Shown here: in pieces, positions 52,112 through 64,000 of the stretch
Position numbering within the stretch: position 1 is the stretch's first letter
Layout of the letters: every line of letters starts with the position of its first letter
Assembly: GCA_965235115.1 (NCBI GenBank)
Contig: OZ249436.1
Location: 12,526,001 to 12,590,000, forward strand
Direction: 5' to 3'
DNA from: Laetmonice hystrix
Taxonomy: Eukaryota
Length of the DNA: 64,000 bases
Made by a program: the position numbers and the translations under genes
The notes under the pieces: generated by a model
The model's database searches: none
Told to the model about the DNA's origin: nothing
The model's input: the letters and a program-made list of their open reading frames with translations, nothing else

Positions 52112-55100
52112 TCAAAAATGTAGCCATTTTTCGCTTATCATTGCTTTAATCTGTCTCTCGCCACAGGTGCCTGCCAGCCCGGCCAGGTGTACGTGGTGAT
52201 TCCACCGCTGGCCGGAAGGCGGCAGTGCAGTCAGCGCCGCCGCCGCCGCTTCAGTGGAGCTGCGCTGCACCCTAGTGTTTTCTGCCTGCAACATCTGTGT
52301 GTCATCTTTCTTTGTTTGTTTGTTACTTGGGGATGGGATATCTAATATAGAAAAGGCGTACAACGTCATTTGCCATTGTTAACTAAACCTTGACGGCAAA
52401 CAGTCATTGGGACGACCTGACAACGTTGTCGGACGCGTACAAATGGTCTGTAGGGGACACAGATTATATGAGAGTAGATGATATATAGACGAGACGTAGG
52501 GCCTGCCTCCTGGACAATAAAGGCATGGAAACATGAAACATGAGGCGTCCCTATACTACTGGCTACTCTTGTATACAAGCAAACGGTACAGGGAGGCCAA
52601 ACAGTACAGGGAGGAATCGCTACAAGGTATACTGGCTGACCTAGCACCTAAGCGAACACTACAGTGAGGCCCAAGAGTACAGTGAGGCCAAATAGTACAC
52701 TGTGGGGCCAAGCAGTGTGGGAGGCCAACCAGTAGGGTGAGAAGTCCCTACATCTTACCGGCTGGCCTATAGTAGACATGCAAACACTACAGTGAGGTTG
52801 TGGAAATGAAAGGTACAAGCCAGGAGCATCTAATGTGAAAATCTGGAGAAGATACTGAAATGGGAAGTGTACACATCACAAGCATATATCTGTAGCGAAC
52901 GTACGAGACCTATACGTTTGACAGTTATACATCTGGCCTAAGAATAATAATTTTGGACGGGCGTAGTTTAAGTTGACGTATCAAAAATGTAGCCATTTTT
53001 CGCTTATCATTGCTTTAATCTGTCTCTCGCCACAGGTGCCTGCCAGCCCGGCCAGGTGTACGTGGTGATTCCACCGCTGGCCGGAAGGCGGCAGTGCAGT
53101 CAGCGCCGCCGCCGCCGCTTCAGTGGAGCTGCGCTGCACCCTAGTGTTTTCTGCCTGCAACATCTGTGTGTCATCTTTCTTTGTTTGTTTGTTACTTGGG
53201 GATGGGATATCTAATATAGAAAAGGCGTACAACGTCATTTGCCATTGTTAACTAAACCTTGACGGCAAACAGTCATTGGGACGACCTGACAACGTTGTTG
53301 GACGCTTACAGATGGTCTGTAGGGGACACAGATTAGATGGGAGTAGATGATAGACGAGACGTATGGCCTGCCTCCTGGACAATAAAGGCATGGAAACATG
53401 AAACATGAGGCGTCCCTATACTACTGGCTACTCTTGTATACAAGCAAACGGTACAGGGAGGCCAAACAGTACAGGGAGGAATCGCTACAAGGTATACTGG
53501 CTGACCTACCACCCAAGCGAACACTACAGTGAGGCCAAAGAGTACAGTGAGGCCAAATAGTACACTGTGGGGCCAAGCAGTGTGGGAGGCCAACCAGTAG
53601 AGTGAGAAGTCCCTACATCTTACCGGCTGGCCTATAGTAGCCATGCAAACACTACAGTGAGGTAGTGGAAATGAAAGGTACAGGCGAGGAGCATCTAATG
53701 TAAAAGTCTGGAGAACATACTGAAATGGGAAGTGTACACATCACAAGCATATATCTGTAGCGAACGTACGAGACCTATACGTTTGACAGTTATACATCTG
53801 GCCTAAGAATAATAATTTTGGGTGGGCGTAGTTTAAGTTGACGTATCAAAAATGTAGCCATTTTTCGCTTATCATTGCTTTAACCTGTCTCTCGCCACAG
53901 GTGCCTGCCAGCCCGGCCAGGTGTACGTGGTGATTCCACCGCTGGCCGGAAGGCGGCAGTGCAGTCAGCGTCGCCGCCGCTTCAGTGGAGCTGCGCTGCA
54001 CCCTGGTGTTTTCTGCCTGCAACATCTGTGTGTCATCTTTCTTTGTTTGTTTGTTACTTGGGGATGGGATATCTGATATAGAAAAGGCGTACAACGTCAT
54101 TTGCCATTGTTAACTAAACCATGACGGCAAACAGTCATTGGGACGACCTGACAACGTTGTTGGACGCTTACAGATGGTCTGTAGGGGACACAGATTATAT
54201 GAGAGTAGATGATATATAGACGAGACGTAGGGCCTGCCTCCTGGACAATAAAGGCATGGAAACATGAAACATGAGGCGTCCCTATACTACTGGCTACTCT
54301 TGTATACAAGCAAACGGTACAGGGAGGCCAAACAGTACAGGGAGGAATCGCTACAAGGTATACTGGCTGACCTAGCACCTAAGCGAACACTACAGTGAGG
54401 CCCAAGAGTACAGTGAGGCCAAATAGTACACTGTGGGGCCAAGCAGTGTGGGAGGCCAACCAGTAGGGTGAGAAGTCCCTACATCTTACCGGCTGGCCTA
54501 TAGTAGACATGCAAACACTACAGTGAGGTTGTGGAAATGAAAGGTACAAGCCAGGAGCATCTAATGTGAAAATCTGGAGAAGATACTGAAATGGGAAGTG
54601 TACACATCACAAGCATATATCTGTAGCGAACGTACGAGACCTATACGTTTGACAGTTATACATCTGGCCTAAGAATAATAATTTTGGACGGGCGTAGTTT
54701 AAGTTGACGTATCAAAAATGTAGCCATTTTTCGCTTATCATTGCTTTAATCTGTCTCTCGCCACAGGTGCCTGCCAGCCCGGCCAGGTGTACGTGGTGAT
54801 TCCACCGCTGGCCGGAAGGCGGCAGTGCAGTCAGCGTCGCCGCCGCTTCAGTGGAGCTGCGCTGCACCCTGGTGTTTTCTGCCTGCAACATCTGTGTGTC
54901 ATCTTTCTTTGTTTGTTTGTTACTTGGGGATGGGATATCTGATATAGAAAAGGCGTACAACGTCATTTGCCATTGTTAACTAAACCATGACGGCAAACAG
55001 TCATTGGGACGACCTGACAACGTTGTTGGACGCTTACAGATGGTCTGTAGGGGACACAGATTATATGAGAGTAGATGATATATAGACGAGACGTAGGGCC

Positions 55101-58100
55101 TGCCTCCTGGACAATAAAGGCATGGAAACATGAAACATGAGGCGTCCCTATACTACTGGCTACTCTTGTATACAAGCAAACGGTACAGGGAGGCCAAACA
55201 GTACAGGGAGGAATCGCTACAAGGTATACTGGCTGACCTAGCACCTAAGCGAACACTACAGTGAGGCCCAAGAGTACAGTGAGGCCAAATAGTACACTGT
55301 GGGGCCAAGCAGTGTGGGAGGCCAACCAGTAGGGTGAGAAGTCCCTACATCTTACCGGCTGGCCTATAGTAGACATGCAAACACTACAGTGAGGTTGTGG
55401 AAATGAAAGGTACAAGCCAGGAGCATCTAATGTGAAAATCTGGAGAAGATACTGAAATGGGAAGTGTACACATCACAAGCATATATCTGTAGCGAACGTA
55501 CGAGACCTATACGTTTGACAGTTATACATCTGGCCTAAGAATAATAATTTTGGACGGGCGTAGTTTAAGTTGACGTATCAAAAATGTAGCCATTTTTCGC
55601 TTATCATTGCTTTAATCTGTCTCTCGCCACAGGTGCCTGCCAGCCCGGCCAGGTGTACGTGGTGATTCCACCGCTGGCCGGAAGGCGGCAGTGCAGTCAG
55701 CGCCGCCGCCGCCGCTTCAGTGGAGCTGCGCTGCACCCTAGTGTTTTCTGCCTGCAACATCTGTGTGTCATCTTTCTTTGTTTGTTTGTTACTTGGGGAT
55801 GGGATATCTAATATAGAAAAGGCGTACAACGTCATTTGCCATTGTTAACTAAACCTTGACGGCAAACAGTCATTGGGACGACCTGACAACGTTGTCGGAC
55901 GCGTACAAATGGTCTGTAGGGGACACAGATTATATGAGAGTAGATGATATATAGACGAGACGTAGGGCCTGCCTCCTGGACAATAAAGGCATGGAAACAT
56001 GAAACATGAGGCGTCCCTATACTACTGGCTACTCTTGTATACAAGCAAACGGTACAGGGAGGCCAAACAGTACAGGGAGGAATCGCTACAAGGTATACTG
56101 GCTGACCTAGCACCTAAGCGAACACTACAGTGAGGCCCAAGAGTACAGTGAGGCCAAATAGTACACTGTGGGGCCAAGCAGTGTGGGAGGCCAACCAGTA
56201 GGGTGAGAAGTCCCTACATCTTACCGGCTGGCCTATAGTAGACATGCAAACACTACAGTGAGGTTGTGGAAATGAAAGGTACAAGCCAGGAGCATCTAAT
56301 GTGAAAATCTGGAGAAGATACTGAAATGGGAAGTGTACACATCACAAGCATATATCTGTAGCGAACGTACGAGACCTATACGTTTGACAGTTATACATCT
56401 GGCCTAAGAATAATAATTTTGGGCGGGCGTAGTTTAAGTTGACGTATCAAAAATGTAGCCATTTTTCGCTTATCATTGCTTTAACCTGTCTCTCGCCACA
56501 GGTGCCTGCCAGCCCGGCCAGGTGTACGTGGTGATTCCACCGCTGGCCGGAAGGCGGCAGTGCAGTCAGCGCCGCCGCCGCCGCTTCAGTGGAGCTGCGC
56601 TGCACCCTGGTGTTTTCTGCCTGCAACATCTGTGTGTCATCTTTCTTTGTTTGTTTGTTACTTGGGGATGGGATATCTGATATAGAAAAGGCGTACAACG
56701 TCATTTGCCATTGTTAACTAAACCTTGACGGCAAACAGTCATTGGGACGACCTGACAACGTTGTTGGACGCTTACAGATGGTCTGTAGGGGACACAGATT
56801 AGATGGGAGTAGATGATAGACGAGACGTATGGCCTGCCTCCTGGAGAATGAAGGCACGGAAACATGAAACATAAGGCGTCCCTATACTACTGGCTACTCT
56901 TGTATACAAGCAAACGGTACAGGGAGGCCAAACAGTACAGGGAGGACTCGCTACAAGGTATACTGGCTGACCTAGCTCCCAAGCGAACACTACAGTGAGG
57001 CCAAAGAGTACATTGAGGCCAAATAGTACACTGTGGGGCCAAGCAGTGTGGGAGGCCAACCAGTAGAGTGAGAAGTCCCTACATCTTACCGGCTGGCCTA
57101 TAGTAGCCATGCAAACACTACAGTAAGGTAGTGGAAATGAAAGGTACAGGCGAGGAGCATCTAATGTAAAAGTCTGGAGAACATACTGAAATGGGAAGTG
57201 TACACATCACAAGCATATATCTGTAGCGAACGTACGAGACCTATACGTTTGACAGTTATACATCTGGCCTAAGAATAATAATTTTGGGTGGGCGTAGTTT
57301 AAGTTGACGTATCAAAAATGTAGCCATTTTTCGCTTATCATTGCTTTAACCTGTCTCTCGCCACAGGTGCCTGCCAGCCCGGCCAGGTGTACGTGGTGAT
57401 TCCACCGCTGGCCGGAAGGCGGCAGTGCAGTCAGCGTCGCCGCCGCTTCAGTGGAGCTGCGCTGCACCCTGGTGTTTTCTGCCTACAACATCTGTGTGTC
57501 ATCTTTCTTTGTTTGTTTGTTACTTGGGGATGGGATATCTGATATAGAAAAGGCGTACAACGTCATTTGCCATTGTTAACTAAACCATGACGGCAAACAG
57601 TCATTGGGACGACCTGACAACGTTGTTGGACGCTTACAGATGGTCTGTAGGGGACACAGATTATATGAGAGTAGATGATATATAGACGAGACGTAGGGCC
57701 TGCCTCCTGGACAATAAAGGCATGGAAACATGAAACATGAGGCGTCCCTATACTACTGGCTACTCTTGTATACAAGCAAACGGTACAGGGAGGCCAAACA
57801 GTACAGGGAGGAATCGCTACAAGGTATACTGGCTGACCTACCACCCAAGCGAACACTACAGTGAGGCCAAAGAGTACAGTGAGGCCAAATAGTACACTGT
57901 GGGGCCAAGCAGTGTGGGAGGCCAACCAGTAGAGTGAGAAGTCCCTACATCTTACCGGCTGGCCTATAGTAGCCATGCAAACACTACAGTGAGGTAGTGG
58001 AAATGAAAGGTACAGGCGAGGAGCATCTAATGTAAAAGTCTGGAGAACATACTGAAATGGGAAGTGTACACATCACAAGCATATATCTGTAGCGAACGTA

Positions 58101-61100
58101 CGAGACCTATACGTTTGACAGTTATACATCTGGCCTAAGAATAATAATTTTGGGTGGGCGTAGTTTAAGTTGACGTATCAAAAATGTAGCCATTTTTCGC
58201 TTATCATTGCTTTAACCTGTCTCTCGCCACAGGTGCCTGCCAGCCCGGCCAGGTGTACGTGGTGATTCCACCGCTGGCCGGAAGGCGGCAGTGCAGTCAG
58301 CGTCGCCGCCGCTTCAGTGGAGCTGCGCTGCACCCTGGTGTTTTCTGCCTGCAACATCTGTGTGTCATCTTTCTTTGTTTGTTTGTTACTTGGGGATGGG
58401 ATATCTGATATAGAAAAGGCGTACAACGTCATTTGCCATTGTTAACTAAACCTTGACGGCAAACAGTCATTGGGACGACCTGACAACGTTGTTGGACGCT
58501 TACAGATGGTCTGTAGGGAACACAGATTAGATGGGAGTAGATGATAGACGAGACATATGGCCTGCCTCCTGGACAATAAAGGCATGGAAACATGAAACAT
58601 GAGGCGTCCCTATACTACTGGCTACTCTTGTATACAAGCAAACGGTACAGGGAGGCCAAACAGTACAGGGAGGAATCGCTACAAGGTATACTGGCTGACC
58701 TACCACCCAAGCGAACACTACAGTGAGGCCAAAGAGTACAGTGAGGCCAAATAGTACACTGTGGGGCCAAGCAGTGTGGGAGGCCAACCAGTAGAGTGAG
58801 AAGTCCCTACATCTTACCGGCTGGCCTATAGTAGCCATGCAAACACTACAGTGAGGTAGTGGAAATGAAAGGTACAGGCGAGGAGCATCTAATGTGAAAA
58901 TCTGGAGAACATACTGAAATGGGAAGTGTACACATCACAAGCATATATCTGTAGCGAACGTACGAGACCTATACGTTTGACAGTTATACATCTGGCCTAA
59001 GAATAATAATTTTGGGCGGGCGTAGTTTAAGTTGACGTATCAAAAATGTAGCCATTTTTCGCTTATCATTGCTTTAACCTGTCTCTCGCCACAGGTGCCT
59101 GCCAGCCCGGCCAGGTGTACGTGGTGATTCCACCGCTGGCCGGAAGGCGGCAGTGCAGTCAGCGCCGCCGCCGCCGCTTCAGTGGAGCTGCGCTGCACCC
59201 TGGTGTTTTCTGCCTGCAACATCTGTGTGTCATCTTTCTTTGTTTGTTTGTTACTTGGGGATGGGATATCTGATATAGAAAAGGCGTACAACGTCATTTG
59301 CCATTGTTAACTAAACCTTGACGGCAAACAGTCATTGGGACGACCTGACAACGTTGTCGGACGCGTACAAATGGTCTGTAGGGGACACAGATTATATGAG
59401 AGTAGATGATATATAGACGAGACGTAGGGCCTGCCTCCTGGACAATAAAGGCATGGAAACATGAAACATGAGGCGTCCCTATACTACTGGCTACTCTTGT
59501 ATACAAGCAAACGGTACAGGGAGGCCAAACAGTACAGGGAGGAATCGCTACAAGGTATACTGGCTGACCTAGCACCTAAGCGAACACTACAGTGAGGCCC
59601 AAGAGTACAGTGAGGCCAAATAGTACACTGTGGGGCCAAGCAGTGTGGGAGGCCAACCAGTAGGGTGAGAAGTCCCTACATCTTACCGGCTGGCCTATAG
59701 TAGACATGCAAACACTACAGTGAGGTTGTGGAAATGAAAGGTACAAGCCAGGAGCATCTAATGTGAAAATCTGGAGAAGATACTGAAATGGGAAGTGTAC
59801 ACATCACAAGCATATATCTGTAGCGAACGTACGAGACCTATACGTTTGACAGTTATACATCTGGCCTAAGAATCATAATTTTGGACGGGCGTAGTTTAAG
59901 TTGACGTATCAAAAATGTAGCCATTTTTCGCTTATCATTGCTTTAATCTGTCTCTCGCCACAGGTGCCTGCCAGCCCGGCCAGGTGTACGTGGTGATTCC
60001 ACCGCTGGCCGGAAGGCGGCAGTGCAGTCAGCGCCGCCGCCGCCGCTTCAGTGGAGCTGCGCTGCACCCTAGTGTTTTCTGCCTGCAACATCTGTGTGTC
60101 ATCTTTCTTTGTTTGTTTGTTACTTGGGGATGGGATATCTAATATAGAAAAGGCGTACAACGTCATTTGCCATTGTTAACTAAACCTTGACGGCAAACAG
60201 TCATTGGGACGACCTGACAACGTTGTCGGACGCGTACAAATGGTCTGTAGGGGACACAGATTATATGAGAGTAGATGATATATAGACGAGACGTAGGGCC
60301 TGCCTCCTGGACAATAAAGGCATGGAAACATGAAACATGAGGCGTCCCTATACTACTGGCTACTCTTGTATACAAGCAAACGGTACAGGGAGGCCAAACA
60401 GTACAGGGAGGAATCGCTACAAGGTATACTGGCTGACCTAGCACCTAAGCGAACACTATAGTGAGGCCCAAGAGTACAGTGAGGCCAAATAGTACACTGT
60501 GGGGCCAAGCAGTGTGGGAGGCCAACCAGTAGGGTGAGAAGTCCCTACATCTTACCGGCTGGCCTATAGTAGACATGCAAACACTACAGTGAGGTTGTGG
60601 AAATGAAAGGTACAAGCCAGGAGCATCTAATGTGAAAATCTGGAGAAGATACTGAAATGGGAAGTGTACACATCACAAGCATATATCTGTAGCGAACGTA
60701 CGAGACCTATACGTTTGACAGTTATACATCTGGCCTAAGAATAATAATTTTGGACGGGCGTAGTTTAAGTTGACGTATCAAAAATGTAGCCATTTTTCGC
60801 TTATCATTGCTTTAATCTGTCTCTCGCCACAGGTGCCTGCCAGCCCGGCCAGGTGTACGTGGTGATTCCACCGCTGGCCGGAAGGCGGCAGTGCAGTCAG
60901 CGCCGCCGCCGCCGCTTCAGTGGAGCTGCGCTGCACCCTGGTGTTTTCTGCCTGCAACATCTGTGTGTCATCTTTCTTTGTTTGTTTGTTACTTGGGGAT
61001 GGGATATCTGATATAGAAAAGGCGTACAACGTCATTTGCCATTGTTAACTAAACCTTGACGGCAAACAGTCATTGGGACGACCTGACAACGTTGTTGGAC

Positions 61101-64000
61101 GCGTACAAATGGTCTGTAGGGGACACAGATTATATGAGAGTAGATGATATATAGACGAGACGTAGGGCCTGCCTCCTGGACGATAAAGGCATGGAAACAT
61201 GAAACATGAGGCGTCCCTATACTACTGGCTACTCTTGTATACAAGCAAACGGTACAGGGAGGCCAAACAGTACAGGGAGGAATCGCTACAAGGTATACTG
61301 GCTGACCTAGCACCTAAGCGAACACTACAGTGAGGCCCAAGAGTACAGTGAGGCCAAATAGTACACTGTGGGGCCAAGCAGTGTGGGAGGCCAACCAGTA
61401 GGGTGAGAAGTCCCTACATCTTACCGGCTGGCCTATAGTAGACATGCAAACACTACAGTGAGGTTGTGGAAATGAAAGGTACAAGCCAGGAGCATCTAAT
61501 GTGAAAATCTGGAGAAGATACTGAAATGGGAAGTGTACACATCACAAGCATATATCTGTAGCGAACGTACGAGACCTATACGTTTGACAGTTATACATCT
61601 GGCCTAAGAATAATAATTTTGGACGGGCGTAGTTTAAGTTGACGTATCAAAAATGTAGCCATTTTTCGCTTATCATTGCTTTAATCTGTCTCTCGCCACA
61701 GGTGCCTGCCAGCCCGGCCAGGTGTACGTGGTGATTCCACCGCTGGCCGGAAGGCGGCAGTGCAGTCAGCGCCGCCGCCGCCGCTTCAGTGGAGCTGCGC
61801 TGCACCCTAGTGTTTTCTGCCTGCAACATCTGTGTGTCATCTTTCTTTGTTTGTTTGTTACTTGGGGATGGGATATCTAATATAGAAAAGGCGTACAACG
61901 TCATTTGCCATTGTTAACTAAACCTTGACGGCAAACAGTCATTGGGACGACCTGACAACGTTGTCGGACGCGTACAAATGGTCTGTAGGGGACACAGATT
62001 ATATGAGAGTAGATGATATATAGACGAGACGTAGGGCCTGCCTCCTGGACAATAAAGGCATGGAAACATGAAACATGAGGCGTCCCTATACTACTGGCTA
62101 CTCTTGTATACAAGCAAACGGTACAGGGAGGCCAAACAGTACAGGGAGGAATCGCTACAAGGTATACTGGCTGACCTAGCACCTAAGCGAACACTACAGT
62201 GAGGCCCAAGAGTACAGTGAGGCCAAATAGTACACTGTCGGGCCAAGCAGTGTGGGAGGCCAACCAGTAGGGTGAGAAGTCCCTACATCTTACCGGCTGG
62301 CCTATAGTAGACATGCAAACACTACAGTGAGGTTGTGGAAATGAAAGGTACAAGCCAGGAGCATCTAATGTGAAAATCTGGAGAAGATACTGAAATGGGA
62401 AGTGTACACATCACAAGCATATATCTGTAGCGAACGTACGAGACCTATACGTTTGACAGTTATACATCTGGCCTAAGAATAATAATTTTGGACGGGCGTA
62501 GTTTAAGTTGACGTATCAAAAATGTAGCCATTTTTCGCTTATCATTGCTTTAATCTGTCTCTCGCCACAGGTGCCTGCCAGCCCGGCCAGGTGTACGTGG
62601 TGATTCCACCGCTGGCCGGAAGGCGGCAGTGCAGTCAGCGCCGCCGCCGCCGCTTCAGTGGAGCTGCGCTGCACCCTAGTGTTTTCTGCCTGCAACATCT
62701 GTGTGTCATCTTTCTTTGTTTGTTTGTTACTTGGGGATGGGATATCTAATATAGAAAAGGCGTACAACGTCATTTGCCATTGTTAACTAAACCTTGACGG
62801 CAAACAGTCATTGGGACGACCTGACAACGTTGTCGGACGCGTACAAATGGTCGGTAGGGGACACAGATTATATGAGAGTAGATGATATATAGACGAGACG
62901 TAGGGCCTGCCTCCTGGACAATAAAGGCATGGAAACATGAAACATGAGGCGTCCCTATACTACTGGCTACTCTTGTATACAAGCAAACGGTACAGGGAGG
63001 CCAAACAGTACAGGGAGGAATCGCTACAAGGTATACTGGCTGACCTAGCACCTAAGCGAACACTACAGTGAGGCCCAAGAGTACAGTGAGGCCAAATAGT
63101 ACACTGTCGGGCCAAGCAGTGTGGGAGGCCAACCAGTAGGGTGAGAAGTCCCTACATCTTACCGGCTGGCCTATAGTAGACATGCAAACACTACAGTGAG
63201 GTTGTGGAAATGAAAGGTACAAGCCAGGAGCATCTAATGTGAAAATCTGGAGAAGATACTGAAATGGGAAGTGTACACATCACAAGCATATATCTGTAGC
63301 GAACGTACGAGACCTATACGTTTGACAGTTATACATCTGGCCTAAGAATAATAATTTTGGACGGGCGTAGTTTAAGTTGACGTATCAAAAATGTAGCCAT
63401 TTTTCGCTTATCATTGCTTTAATCTGTCTCTCGCCACAGGTGCCTGCCAGCCCGGCCAGGTGTACGTGGTGATTCCACCGCTGGCCGGAAGGCGGCAGTG
63501 CAGTCAGCGCCGCCGCCGCCGCTTCAGTGGAGCTGCGCTGCACCCTAGTGTTTTCTGCCTGCAACATCTGTGTGTCATCTTTCTTTGTTTGTTTGTTACT
63601 TGGGGATGGGATATCTAATATAGAAAAGGCGTACAACGTCATTTGCCATTGTTAACTAAACCTTGACGGCAAACAGTCATTGGGACGACCTGACAACGTT
63701 GTTGGACGCTTACAGATGGTCTGTAGGGGACACAGATTAGATGGGAGTAGATGATAGACGAGACGTATGGCCTGCCTCCTGGACAATAAAGGCATGGAAA
63801 CATGAAACATGAGGCGTCCCTATACTACTGGCTACTCTTGTATACAAGCAAACGGTACAGGGAGGCCAAACAGTACAGGGAGGAATCGCTACAAGGTATA
63901 CTGGCTTACCTACCACCCAAGCGAACACTACAGTGAGGCCAAAGAGTACAGTGAGGCCAAATAGTACACTGTGGGGCCAAGCAGTGTGGGAGGCCAACCA

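Larger units (their letters stand above)
1..64000. repeat. Long-monomer tandem array (satellite-like), ~69 head-to-tail monomers of 862-869 bp, running off both window ends
   Basis: The same landmark recurs at 170, 1034, 1903, 2768 ... 63385 with 862-869 bp spacing (2290 bp where the 1424-bp insertion is present). Monomers differ only by a few SNPs and 1-7 bp indels. Confidence 0.99.

Overview
The whole window is a eukaryotic head-to-tail tandem array of about 69 near-identical monomers of 862-869 bp. The monomers fall into a few sequence variants and mosaics arranged as higher-order repeats: a 1734-bp dimer, a 2598-bp trimer and a 6068/7492-bp heptamer. The minus-strand ORFs in the supplied track look like by-products of the repeat. 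On the + strand each monomer instead reads like a 3'-terminal coding exon: branch point, pyrimidine tract and CAG|G acceptor, a 57-58 codon frame with an Arg cluster and hydrophobic C-terminal tail, a stop that varies only between TGA and TAA, and a downstream AATAAA. Three apparently identical copies of a 1424-bp non-coding insertion (14445-15868, 21937-23360, 29429-30852) interrupt the array with no target-site duplication. The insertion has long hairpins capped by GCGAAGC with GA-mismatch motifs, two inverted-arm sites with 8-bp spacers, a 73-nt tRNA-like A/B-box element and a nested 242-bp PIF/Harbinger-type MITE. An insertion-free copy of the same heptamer lies at about 46044-52111. No named protein-coding gene, rRNA, snRNA or CRISPR array was recognised, and the organism cannot be determined from the sequence.
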